DNA of 64,000 bases from Antedon mediterranea (GCF_964355755.1 NC_092676.1:9277888-9341887); one strand, 5' to 3'. Counted from the first letter of the stretch, positions 24,083-37,749 are shown. Notes: a model not told the origin generated them from the sequence alone. Numbers and translations are program-made.

Positions 24083-27000
24083 AGGTGAAATACAAAATAT
24101 GAATGAATAAATGTATAGCTGTATATTAAATAAAAACACAGTTAAGCAGAGAATTATGATAGTTGGTAATAAAAATGTAATCAGAAGGAACAAAAACAAA
24201 CATATATATCGGTCAATACTGTTTTGTCTTTAAAGTTTTTAAATTGTATTCTAAGATCTGTTTGCCAATGCGTTAATGTTGACCTATAAATTAACTTCCA
24301 TTAAGTTACCATGGTAATTAACGACGTACCCTCTTGTAATAGGATAGTACAAGTTGCAGAGTAGAACTCGGGTTAAATATTATAATGTACACCGCATCGG
24401 CCGTGTACTTTTTAAATGTTAACATTCAAATTTTTAATCGTTTGTGTTTAATGAGTGTATGACAATGACTATGTTTTGTTTTATAATTTTATTTATTTTG
24501 AATACACAATTTAATGAAAAAGTGAGATCAACATTTCTGAATTATCTTACGGAATTATCAATGGAACTATTTTCAAGATGAAAAATACACTGTTCTAAGA
24601 ACCAACGTTTGTTAAAGGAAATGAGCTACACTGATGACTAATTATGTAATTGTATTCATCCTAATTTAGATAAAATTAATAATATTTATACCTACTATAC
24701 TACTAATTAATTCAACAGAATAATTCTGCAAACATTTAAACATATTATTATTAAGTAATATTTCATGTTGATGACATTGTAAGCCCTATTCAGCATTATT
24801 GCGCTTAAGTTTAAATACTATGACTAGACTATCCTACCATCTTTGTTACTTTAGTATATTTTATATGTGAAACTTTAGTTTCTGAAGATACAATAGTTTT
24901 TAAAATAACCGGCTCAGCTACAGTGATTAGGTTCACTTAGGTTGACCCTGGTCTCCCAAATTTGTATATGTATATACTGAAATAGACCGAATAAATAATG
25001 AAACTGTATAATATAAACTGTAATCATTAACTATCATAACTGGACGTACGATTCTGTTTCTTTATATAATGAATTGATGGAGTTGACCTATACATTTAAG
25101 ACCAGTTACCATGGAAATTAACGAATACCTTCTTGTAATATGATCGGTACAAGTTGGGAGTCTAGCAAGCCGCACCATTATGTTCAATAAGAACGTATTC
25201 TTCAGAATTTAGAAATAAATTAAGCATAATTACACCATACAAATTAATTCGGAGGATTTAATTTAAGGGACATTTCATGCTTTCAATTTACCAATAGGCC
25301 CACTCATTTGGCTTAAAATACATTGACAACTTATTCGTTGTCAGCTTTCCTGTCTTCCTTTTTTTCAATTTGCATTCTCAAACTCAGGATTTGGAAAGTG
25401 AAGTGAGTTTTATTTAAAAATATGGGTCTCTCAGCCAGCTATTTTGTAGTCAAACGGCCATAAAAACTGTAATTCTTATGCCTTTCCCGTCTTTATACTA
25501 ATAAATATGGTCCCGTGAATCGTTATTGATGAAGTAATAGCAGGGGGTAGTTTAATTACACATTAATTACATTATACAAAACACAACAAAATAAGAACAC
25601 AGGATTACATTTTGAAATTAAAGATTGTATCTAAAGGGCGGAAATAAATGTGATAACATATTAGGTGAAATACAAAATATGAATGAATAAATGTAGCTAT
25701 ATAATAATATAAAAACACAGTTAAGCAGAAAAGTATGATAGTTGGTAATAAAATTGTAATCAGAAAGAACAAAAACAAACATAATATCGGTCAATACTGT
25801 TTTGTCTTTAAATGGTTTTAAATTTAAGATCTGTTTGCCAAGCGGTTAATGTTGACCTATACTTTAAATTCCATTCTAGAAGGTTGATTTATATAAGTTA
25901 CCATGGTAATTAACGACATACCCTCTTGTAATAGGATATCTGCACAAGTTACAGTGTAGAACTCGGATTAAATATTATGTACATCGGCCGTGTATTATAC
26001 TTTTTAAATGTTAACTTTCAAATTTTTAAATACAATACAATCGTTTGTGTTTAATAACGCTCTTTAATGAGTGTATACTTATTTTGAATACACAATTTAA
26101 TGAAAAAGTGAAAAATACACTGTTCTAAGAACCAACGTTTGTTAAAGGAAATGAGCTACACTGATGACTACTTATGTAATTGTATTCATCCTAATTTAGA
26201 TAAACAATTTTGCTTTATAGAATTCGATTGTTTGTTGAGAGTAGATTTAAATACTTTGATCAATATTATTTCCTTCATGGTTAACCGATTCCCTGAGATC
26301 ATTGGTTATATTATTCATAAAAGTCACAAATAAGTACTAGATTCACCTAATTAATAATATACCTACTAGTACTATACTAATAATTAATTCAACAGAATAA
26401 TTCTGCAAACGTTTAAACATATTATTATTAAGTAATATTTCATGTTGATTACATTGTAAGCCCTATTCAGCATTATTGCGCTTAAAAAGTTTAAATACTA
26501 TGACTAGACTATCCTACCATTTGTTAGTATATTTTATATGTGAAACTTTAGTTTCTAAAGATACAATAGTTTTTAAAATAACCGGCTCAGCTACAGTGAT
26601 TAGGTTCACTTAGGTTGACTGGTCTCCCAAATTTGTATATGTATATACTGAAATAGACCGAATAAATAATGAAACTGTATAATATAAACTGTAATCATTA
26701 ACTATCATAACTGGACGTACGATTCTGTTTCTTTATATTAATGAATTGATGGAGTTGACCTTATTCTATACATTTAAGACCAGTTACCATGGAAATTAAT
26801 GACTACCTTCTTGTAATATGATCGGTACAAGTTGGGAGTCTAGCAAGCCGCACCATATTATGTTCAATAAGAACGTATTCTTCAGAATTTAGAAATAAAC
26901 TAAGCATAATTACGCCATACAAATTAATTCGGAGGATTTAATTTAAGGAACATTTCATGCTTTCAATTTACCAATAGGCCCCCTCAATAGGCCTAATCTT

Positions 27001-27930
27001 CCTTTTTTTCAATTTGCATTCTCAAACTCAGGATTTGGAAAGTGAAGTGAGTTTTATTTAGAAATATGGGTCTCTCAGCCGTCTATTTTGTAGTCAAACG
27101 GCCATAAAAAAACTGTAATTCTTGTGCCTTTCCCGTCTTTATACTAATAATTAATATGGTCCCGTGCAATCGTTATTGATGAAGTAATAGCAGGGGATAG
27201 TTTAATTACACATTAATTACATTATACAAAACACAACAAAATAAGAACACAGGATTATATTTTGAAATTAAAGATTGTATCTAAAGGGCGGAAATAAATG
27301 TGATAACATATTAGGTGAAATACAAAATATGAATGAATAAATGTAGCTATATAATAATATAAAAACACAGTTAAGCAGAAAAGTATGATAGTTGGTAATA
27401 AAATTGTAATCAGAAAGAACAAAAACAAACATATATATCGGTCAATACTGTTTTGTCTTTAAATGGTTTTTAATTTAAGATCTGTTTGCCAACGGTTAAT
27501 GTTGACCTATACTTTAAATTCCATTCTAGAAGGTTGATTTATATAAGTTACCATGGTAATTAACGACATACCCTCTTGTAATAGGATATCTGCACAAGTT
27601 ACAGTGTAGAACTCGGATTAAATATTATGTACATCGGCCGTGTATTATACTTTTTAAATGTTAACTTTCAAATTTTTAAATACAATACAATCGTTTGTGT
27701 TTAATAACGCTCTTTAATGAGTGTATACTTATTTTGAATACACAATTTAATGAAAAAGTGAAAAATACACTGTTCTAAGAACCAACGTTTGTTATTAAAG
27801 GAAATGAGCTACACTGATGACTACTTATGTAATTGTATTTATCCTAATTTAGATAAACAATTTTGCTTTATAGAATTCGATTGTTTGTTGAGTGTAGTTA
27901 AATACTTTGATCAATATTATTTCCTTTATT
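24083..27930. repeat. About 1.6-kb tandem amplification (about 2.4 copies)
   Basis: AGGTGAAATACAAAATATGAATGAATAAATGT starts at 24083, 25663 and 27313, with collinear sequence following each. Confidence 0.9.
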
Positions 27931-27981
27931 AGACATTTAGATAAGATTTTAAAGTAAATATGCAATGATATGTTGTTTCCT

Positions 27982-30900
27982 CCCAGGTAAAAATTCCAGT
28001 TGAAGACCAGTTGGGAAATTTCCCAGTTGGGAATTTTCCCTGTTGTGAATTGAGACAATTACCAGTTGTGAATTTCCCAGTTGTGAATTTTCCAACTGGT
28101 CTGATAATCCCAGTTGTAAATTTTACCAGTTGTAAATTTCTCAACTGGTCCGATAATCCCAGTTGTGAATTTTCCAACTGGTCTGATCAATCCCAGTTGT
28201 AAATTTTCCCAGTTGTACATTTTTCCCAGTTGAGAATTTTCCCAACTGGTAAATTTCAGTACAAAAACAAATTACACAAACTACAGAACTTATTGTTTAA
28301 CTCTTTATTTTATTAACTTTAATATTTACAATTACAGTAGTTACTTTCAATTCTGCAGTACTGTAGTTAATTACCCCACAAAGGTCTTAACGACCTGCAT
28401 AACCCCTACATCTACACAAATGTCAGCATATCCCTGCCGTTTCCTTTTTACAGGTCCATGAAAATGGAGATCTAGCATTTATTCAGTAATATATTTATGA
28501 AGTTATGGCCACCTTCTTTATTTAGTCATGTTGACAAAATTAGTCCTGAAAGAGAAAAACCAAAACAAATTGATTAAATAAACAATATACTGGTAGTACA
28601 AGGAATAAATCAAATTCAAATCTCAAGTATCAATTTATATACTGTTTTACTGAAAAAGGAAGATGGAATCATATATTAATAGAAATGAAAGAATGATTAT
28701 CCAAATTATGTTCTCTACAAGCAATAGAGAGAAATGGCGAACCGCGATGACGTCACTCAAATTTCACCGAGTGGGTATAGATTGTAAACAAACCATTTCG
28801 CCACATGTTTTTGTATGGGAAATTCCGATGGGTTGAGTTAAAAAGGAAGGTAGAAAAGAACGTTTAAAACACACATAATAGCAGTATCTTTTTTTTTTTG
28901 CAACACCCTTATCAATTTTAATGTTATATGGGCAAATCTTAACATATTTTATTTTAATTTGGATTGAATTAAGACGCGTTTTTGTTATATACTGTACCCA
29001 GCTCTAGGCCCTAGATAGTTGGCATGTATGCTGTAGTACCTCGAGCCTAGCACGGATTATCGGTTATTATAATAATAATAATATTGGAAATTCGTTATTG
29101 CGTACTGTACTCACTACTACTACTTTAGCTAGGGTGCTGCTAGGCGTCTCCTAGCTAGGTAGTAAGACTAAATAGAGCCTCTCTAGTAGATGTAGGCCTA
29201 GCATTAGTTTCAGCTTGACAACTGCCATTTTGTTATGTGGCTAGTGATGTTTCCTGCAGAGGGGCTACCGCCAGTAATGATGCTTGATAACACCATTCTG
29301 CTATAATACTATAGGCCAAGTCTAAGTAGACCTACAGATATGAGATATTTTTAGGAATATGATTGTGAATGATGGATGACTTTTATACATATTTCATTGT
29401 TTTATTGTGTAAATACACAAATACAACAAGAATTATGAGCGTTACAGCAACAACATTGGTTAGACAACGCCATGATTCACGTGTATAAACATAGGAAATG
29501 TGTCGCCCTCAACGGTTTGTTATGATTTTATACCCACTCGGATTTTAGACGTCGGTTCGCCATTTCTCTATATTGAAGATAAGTATCATTTCACTTTAGT
29601 TTGTCCCTTTTATTCAGATATTAGAACTAAATATATTTTCATTTTATACAAATAACCCCTCTAAATTAAAATATATTTATCTTATGTCTACTACAAATAT
29701 CTCATTACTAAGCTTGGAAAATATATATATTTTTTTCATTTTAACGTAGAACAGAATTCTTAAACGCACTCTAATGTTATTGATTGAATTGTTACATTGT
29801 ATATTATTTGGGCCAAAGGCCATATAAATAACTATTTTCTTGGATCATTCCAAGAAAGAAAGTATACATAAATATATTTACCCTTCAAATTGTACTGCTG
29901 TACTTTTTTGGTTGGTTTATAGCCTTGTTGGAATGTTGGTTGTATTCAAGTAAACTGGAAATCACCTGCAATTGTGTATGAAAAAAATTGAAGGAAAATT
30001 AAAAAATATAGGATATTTAGTTTAAGGAAACGGAGACAGACTAAAACAGCATGGATTAGTTTGCTTTATTATTAGATTAGTAGGCTAGCCTAGGCTTAGG
30101 ATATGTTAAAATAGCAGCCATGCATGTCATCACGACACTAGCTAGAGTAGTACAACAACAATAATAATACAACATGCAGAACAGTAGTACTACTGTACCT
30201 AGTTTGGGCCTACAACTACTAGAGGCCTAGGGCTAGCTAGACTTTAGATAGAGGCCTAGGGCTAGACTTTAGAGGCCTCCTAGCCTAATAGGCCAAAATA
30301 ACAAAAGTGATCATGAATGAATGGAAATAAATCTCGTTTGTGTGGTAATGACATGTAGGCTAATAATAGGTTAATAATATAGTATTGTTGGGCTTTGTTT
30401 CTAGCCTACTATAGGCTAGTACTATGTAGAGGCCAATAAGACAATTTGCGGTCGTACACAGCCATGTAATCAATCAGCTAGCAAGGTGGGTCAAGCCAAG
30501 GCTGAAGCGCCTAGCTTACTAGCCAGCATGCAGCGAGCGGCGAGGCCTCCATTTTGTTGTCGATCTTTGATCATAGTTTGTAGGCCTATGCCTATAGTAA
30601 TAAGAGATAATAATAGACATATATGTCAGGCCTACCTTTTATAAAACAGCAAGATTTGTGCCTCATCCTTAATTTGATGCGATTAGCCAAATAATACCCA
30701 TTCTAGACCTGGCATCTCTGTGCTGCGTGATCGCCGATTTTGCCGCCGAGCTACACTGGCACAAAAACAAAGGGAGCCGTTTTTGGCTGTTGGCTTGCAG
30801 TTTTCTGATTGGTTGTTTACGGTCTGCCGGCCTATACGACGCATGCTCCATTATTTTCAAAAAGTTGTGCAGTATTTCTTATTCTTTACTCGATTTTATT

Positions 30901-31571
30901 TGATATAATTTAAATAATTGTTTGTTGCAATAATATAGGATTACAAATAATAATATTAATTATATTTTGAATGGTAATTACGGACCATGCTTCTATTCCC
31001 GTCACCTCAACCCAGAACACCCCCCCCCCCACCTCTCCCCTGGGTCCTCTCCCGGTCCCGTACTCCCACGACGTACACGTACACCCAGCCATCCGCTTTC
31101 GCTCTTCTCCGAATTCCCTTGGTTGTTAGGAAAAAAACTAGTTGCAAAACCAATTGAAACAACCAGTTGCCCGGTTGAAAAACCGATTGGACCAGTTGAC
31201 TAGTTGAACTCAGTTGAGCTTTGGGAATACCAGTTGGCCAGTTGGAAAAACCAGTTGACCTGTTGAAAAACCAGTTGACCAGTTTGAAAAACCAGTTGAC
31301 CAGTTTGAAAAACCAGTTGACCAGTTGAAAAACCAGTTGACCAGTTGAAAAACCAGTTGACCAGTTGGAAAAACCAGTTGACCAGTTGAAAAACCAGTTA
31401 GACCAGTTGAAAAACCAGTTGACCAGTTGTTAAAACCAGTTAGACCAGTTGAAAAACCAGTTGACCAGTTGTTAAAACCAGTTGAACCAGTTGGAAACCA
31501 GTTAGACCAGTTGAAGACCAGTTGGACCAGTTGAAATTTCCAACTGTTCTCAACTGGAATTTTTACCTGGG
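27982..31571. mobile_element. Nested 3.6-kb non-autonomous CMC/EnSpm-like element
   Basis: Perfect 22-bp TIR CCCAGGTAAAAATTCCAGTTGA, CT 2-bp TSD on both sides, and CCAGTTG-based subterminal arrays at about 27990-28255 and 31140-31550. Confidence 0.88.
28722..29575. mobile_element. MITE nested in the 3.6-kb element
   Basis: caatagagagaaatggcgaacc...ccgagtgggtata versus tatacccactcgg...ggttcgccatttctctatattg. Confidence 0.7.
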
Positions 31572-33939
31572 CTGTTGTTGTATTCATTAATGCGAATTGC
31601 CAAATGCATGGGGGACTTACAATTAATTCCTTTAATCTTTGCATTATCTCCTGATATAGTGTAGTTAGTTTATACCTCCATGGTTTAAACTACACACATG
31701 ATGTTAGCTATTTCAAATCCACTATAAAATACTATTTATAATGCGATGTAAATGGCGAATGTAATAATATGAAATTATGGAAATTTTAATTCACGACTGC
31801 TTTGATCTCACTCTCCACTAATATACCAAAATGAACAATAATTGATCTTTTGATTAAGAAAATTTAACTAGCAGCCAACGTTTCACCAATGAAAATTACT
31901 GTCAAACCCAAGAAAATATCATAGGTGCGCCTACTTTTTTTTATTTGTATTATTTATATGTACTACACAAATGTTATAATGTAAAAGAAAAATACTAGTG
32001 TCAAGTTTTTTTAAAAATTAACTTAGGCGCACTTTTAGTAAAAAAATGTTGTAAATGTATTATAGAACCATAGGCATCATATTTTGAAAAAATAAAAATG
32101 TCCAAATCATCTAAAATTCTAGTAAAGTACCCAATTTTTATACTAAAGATAAATAAATACATATAAAATCATTGTACCAAATTTGAACAAAATTGAAATT
32201 GGTTAAGTATTTTTCCGCGATGGTATTTTAATTATGTTTTTACAGTTTTATTTTATCCAAATAATACTAAATATCTATTACTAATAAAAATCTAACTTTC
32301 CGATATATTGTATTAACATTTTGGAATTAAATACTCTTTTATGAGTGGAACACACTTATGCTATTAAATATTAAATGTAATGTAATTATTAGTCATTAAT
32401 TAGATATTATTTGACTTTTTTTTCCCGTTAATTGAAACCTACGCGAAATAATATGAGAGGACGCTGTTTTACTGGTAATAGATATGGTTATTGTGTGTTC
32501 TATTCTTCCGCTCGAGTATTCTTTAACCCCACAGGCTACATCGTTTAAATAGCGAGATCATAAATATTTTTGTATTCTTATACTATAGGAAAGGTAATTC
32601 CATTTTGCTAAAGGAACCTTTAGAAATACAATAGCTTTTATTTATTTGTAGTTTATTCAACAAGAAACGAAAACTAAATATCTAAATAAATAAAGTATAG
32701 ACATAATTAATTGAATTAATAAGTACTTTTAGTACGATAAAATGTATTACCAATGGGCAAAATGTGTAGCATTGATGCCATAAAAAATAAATTGACGAGT
32801 CTCGGTAAATATGTAGGCTTAGCTCGTGGTTCAGTGTAGCGGAGGAAATTCACTTTAGCTGCGTATCCTTATCACCACTCCGCGATAGAAATTGGCCTAA
32901 CGGGTAGGCCTAGGACTTGTAGTGTGGGGGGCCTAGCAAGTCAAGTAGAAAGTGCCTCGGCCAACCTACGTTCCCTAGTAGGTAGAAGGTTAAGTTAGAC
33001 CATGCCATTTAGGCCTACTATAGCGCAAACAATTTCTGGTGGTTCTACTTTTTTATTTGTATTAAATGATTTATCAAAGCCTAGGCCTATAGCCTACTTA
33101 TACTACCTAGTAATGAACTAAGAATTACTTCGACGGGAAAATATTTATCGACGGAGCAAAAAATATCTCCATTCTTAAACAATAAGTTGACGAGTCTCAA
33201 AAAGTGTAGGCCTCTTTTGCGTGGGGAAATTTATTGATGTTGTATTGTATAAATTGTACTGTTAGAATAGCTAGTAGTAGGAGCTAGTTTTTTTGGAATG
33301 TGGAAGGATGTTTTCGTATCAAATTAGATTTGGATACAAATTGTTTTTTTTTCTAAAGACGTGGTTGCAATACAATCATGTAATTATGATAATAAGAGGC
33401 CTACTAGGGTAGGCATGACAGATCTGTTTTATTCTTCTTTCTTTTATGGGAACGAGATTTTTAGGGTTTTGGGGGGGGGGGGGGGAGGGGCTGGGGCCTA
33501 ACAGGCTAGTAGTATTAGTAGGCCTAGGCCTATATTTATATAAATTTTTGTTCGGAAATAAAATACATAGTTTATAAACACAAATTATTCTATAAAAATA
33601 TAAATAGGCCTAAATATAGTAAAAAACCCTAATTTAATGTAAGTTTGTTTTTTGTAAGACGCGCGCACAGATTGAAGGAGACATTTATAAAAATAGTCAT
33701 TTGTTTGCGCTTTTAATAGCGTATAATTTAAGTAATTGTTATTAAGATTGTTGTTCAAAATAACTCTTAAATTGAGGGCGCGATCGACAAACCCGTTAAA
33801 TTATCCAGAGAGGGCGTACTCCAGACTAAAAAGTGATTCCAACAGGAGGGGGAACCAACAAGATGCCGGCCGTAAATGTGTTCAAAAACATTATTTAATA
33901 TAAAAAATACTAATCTAATATAATAATCAAAACACAATA

Positions 33940-35760
33940 TGTTACGTTAATAAATAACATAAAAACTACGTTATTATAATACGTTTTTATAACATTATTA
34001 TTACATCTTAAAATAACGTTATTTTATAGTTTGTACTTTACGTTTTTACAACGTGTTTGCCGAACGTTTGCTTTGAACGTTGTATAAATGTTATATTTGG
34101 AGTTAATCAAGACTTTAAAATGTTATGTTAATAAGTAACATAAAATATACGTTATTATAATACGTTTTTATAACATTATTATTACATCTTAAATTAACGT
34201 TATGTTATAGTTTGCATTTTACATTTGTACAACGTATTTCACAAAGTTTGTCTTAAACGTTGTATAAGTGTTATACTTGTACGTTATTAAGACGTTAAAA
34301 CGTTACGTTAATAAATAACATTAAAACTAAGTTATTAAAAAACGTTTTTATAACATTATTGTTACATCTTAAATTAACGTTAGTTTATAGTTTGTTTTTT
34401 ACGTTCGTATAACGTATTTCTGAACGTTTGTCTTGAACGTTGTATAAATGTTATATTGATACGTTATCAAGTCGTAAACATGTTACGTTAATGAATAACA
34501 TATAAACTACGTTATTATAATACGTTTTTATAACATTATTATTACATCTTAAGTTAACGTTAGTTTATAGTTTGTATTTTACGTTCGTATAACGTATTTC
34601 TGAATGTTTGTCTTGAACGTTGTATAAATGTTATGTTGGTACGTTATCAAGACGTAAAAATGTTACGTTAATGAATAACATATAAACTACGTTATTATAA
34701 TACGTTTTTATAACATTATTATTACATCTTAAATTAACGTTAGTTTATAGTTTGTATTTTACGTTCGTATAACGTATTTCTGAACGTTTGTCTAGAACGT
34801 TGTATAAATGTTATATTGATACGTTATCAAAACGTAAAAATGTTACGTTAATGAATAACATATAAACTACGTTATTATAATACGTTTTTATAACATTATT
34901 ATTACATCTTAAATTAACGTTAGTTTATAGTTTGTATTTTACGTTCGTATAACGTATTTCTGAACGTTTGTCTTGAACGTTGTATAAATGTTATATTGGT
35001 ACGTTATCAAGACGTAAACATGTTACGTTAATGAATAACATATAAACTACGTTATTATAATACGTTTTTATAACATTATTATTACATCTTAAACTAACGT
35101 TAGTTTATAGTTTGTATTTTACGTTCGTATAACGTATTTCTGAACGTTTGTCTTGAACGTTGTATAAATGTTATATTGGTACGTTATCAAGACGTAAAAA
35201 TGTTACGTTAATGAATAACATATAAACTACGTTATTATAATACGTTTTTATAACTTTATTATTACATCTTAAATTAACGTTAGTTTATAGTTTGTATTTT
35301 ACGTTCGTATAACGTATTTCTGAACGTTTGTCTAGAACGTTGTATAAATGTTATATTGATACGTTATCAAGACGTAAAAATGTTACGTTAATGAATAACA
35401 TATAAACTACGTTATTATAATACGTTTTTATAACATTATTATTACATCTTAAATTAACGTTAGTTTATAGTTTGTATTTTACGTTCGTATAACGTATTTC
35501 TGAACGTTTCTCTTGAACGTTGTATAAATGTTATATTGGTACGTTATCAAGACGTAAAAATGTTACGTTAATGAATAACATAAAAACTACGTTATTATAA
35601 TACGTTTTTATAACATTATTATTACATCTTAAGTTAACGTTATTTTATAGTTTGTATTTTACGTTTTTATAACGTATTTTTCAAACGTTAGGTCTGAACG
35701 TAATATAATTGTCACATGTAAACGTTATTAAAACGTGAATATGTTACGTTACTATACAAC
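33940..35760. repeat. Right subterminal 180-bp satellite (about 10 copies)
   Basis: Near-identical sequence recurs every 180 nt (34501, 34681, 34861, 35041, 35221, 35401, 35581). Confidence 0.95.
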
Positions 35761-36222
35761 AATAATCAAACGTTTCTCAATTACGTAAATAAAACGTTGT
35801 GAAAACGTTTTTGTAATAACGTAATTTTATTCACATTATGTAACGTTTTAATGACGTTGTGACAATGTACTTTTGTAATGTTATTATCGAAAACCAAACT
35901 ATAACGTTCGCGAATGTTGTCATAACGTTATGTGTTTGCTGGGTTTATTCGAATTGTTGTGATGTGTTGTTGCAATGCAATACTTGTGTATTATGCGCAT
36001 GTGGTAGGGCGTTATACGACAAAATAAATAAACACCCGAGGCGTATATTCGAGAGCAGGGTAGGGGATTTAAAAAAATGACCTATTTTAACCAACCCCAA
36101 AACTAATTTTGCTTCCAAAGTACTACTAGTGGTCCATACAGAACCTACTATAGTTGATTGTATCTTGCCCTTGTGTCCTTCCTTATTTTCACCATCACTT
36201 ACACTTTCTCGACTGTTTGCAG

Positions 36223-36366
36223 ATCACTGAGACTCAAGACGGAAATGTCGAGGACCCACTATGTGACTTCAGTTTCAGGATCAAACTGCTGTTTCACATT
36301 GATAGCTCCGAATCAAAAAAAAGGATCAAAATTTCTTATAGGGTAGACAAAGCAGCTCAAACTTAA
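36223..36366 (+). pseudogene. Probable terminal exon: degenerate second half of CUB domain 2
   Basis: Acceptor tttgcag, then ITETQDGNVEDPLC...IKLLFHIDSSESKK...SY and a stop. Phase 0 matches the 17740 donor. Confidence 0.6.
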
Positions 36367-36374
36367 TCACAAAA

Positions 36375-36450
36375 GCTGTTTCTGGGTGGTTTAGATGCTC
36401 GGCTAACAATCCCAGGGCCATGGGTTCAAATCCTGTCATCCAGGATTTGT
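36375..36450 (+). mobile_element. tRNA-derived SINE head (degenerate)
   Basis: A-box-like GTGGTTTAG and B-box GGTTCAAATCC, with no complete cloverleaf. Confidence 0.45.
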
Positions 36451-37749
36451 TTTTCTCATGACAGCTATACTCCCAAATAGTTGTAATAAGACTGTACATG
36501 GCCTCTCCAAGAGACTTGTCTCCAAACTCTACAAAAATCATTCAAATGTATTAGGGAAAAAAATGACTGAACTAATATTATTAAATTATTAAATTATATT
36601 GCTTGCATTATACACGCTTTGAAATCAATATTGATTTTGTAATCAGTATTAAAAGAAGTTTTTTTTTACACTTATTAAAGTTTAATATTATTTAATAGTG
36701 ATCTGTAATACACGACACCTCTGAGTTACTAAATAAATTAACTATGTGCAATTATGTCTACTATGTCTAATTTCATTCAGTCGTACAACCATAAAAAGGT
36801 AACTAAAGTGAGCAGGTACAAAGCATTACCATTGCGACAATGCACGAACAAAAAAATAACTTAAATAGAACAAGGCCATACATAGCTGCAGTCGTGCGCT
36901 CAAGTTAGTGTTTACCGACCAACCGACCGACATATTGAGCTGTAGAGTCGCATTGCTGTATACTGGATATGGTGCGAAGAATCCCAATTAGCTTACTTCC
37001 TCAACCCAAATGAGTTGACCAATGATAAGAGATAGTTCAAATAATCCATCGCTTGTGATTGGTCAAATAAACTGCGTTGCGCTTAGCTGTACGTCCTTAC
37101 GTTAGAGCCCTGGTATTGGGAACTAAGCTATATAGGAAGCTTTCGATTTGCGACGACCGACGATCATTACATAATAGAAGTTCACTGTGTGTAGGCCTAT
37201 GAGTGAATATTGGGACGTGTTTCCTCAGTCATCCACGCCAATACCTGAGGGGAGGGGGGGGGGGGGGTGTTTGGTGGAGACACCGACAATTGTAAATGCG
37301 GAATCCCCCATTCTCAATCATCACTGTTGTTCCAGCAACGTAAAATTTGCCCAGGTTGCAAAGATAAAATAATTGAAAAACGGCGCTGGTGGTCCACCCG
37401 GAAATGGCACTTTGCATTATGAAAAAAAAATATAGCTGAGCTAAGATCATTTAAAAAAGAAAAATTAGCTGCTATTTTAACAAGTTTCATGACTTTCAGG
37501 TAGGGACTTAATAGAACAAAATACAATAAAACATGAATTTTAGAGTTGGTCAGGCGAATCTTGAAATAGTATATACTTCAAAGTTAGTGTTTCTTCATAA
37601 GAAAAAGCAAGTATTTTTTAATGTACTAATCAAGTTCTAATATTCTATACACATTTTTCATGTAGGCTAGTGGGCCTACTAGACAGGCCTAAAAGTGGAC
37701 CTTTTGACGTGTTATTATCATTAATCTTTAATTACATTTGATTTTCAGT

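Larger units (their letters stand above)
17949..35943. mobile_element. About 18-kb CMC/EnSpm-like DNA transposon, no transposase ORF visible
   Basis: TIR CCCAGCAAACA ... TGTTTGCTGGG with a 2-bp TT duplication. Joining the flanks restores ACCGTATTTATTCGA, which also occurs in an adjacent duplicate at about 17796. AACGT-rich subterminal repeat arrays at both ends. Confidence 0.8.

Noticed and set aside
31210-31644. 144-aa ORF with NWSTGF repeats (also ORFs at 27849-28202, 39352-39582 and 41055-41918)
   Set aside because: Translations of subterminal tandem repeats of non-autonomous transposons.
33940-35760. CRISPR-like regular array
   Set aside because: The units are contiguous tandem copies with no unique spacers, there are no cas genes, and the context is eukaryotic.
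17949-35943. Polinton/Maverick or endogenous virus, suggested by the 18-kb size
   Set aside because: No polB, integrase, ATPase or capsid ORFs. The termini and 2-bp TSD do not fit the long TIRs and 6-bp TSD of Polintons.
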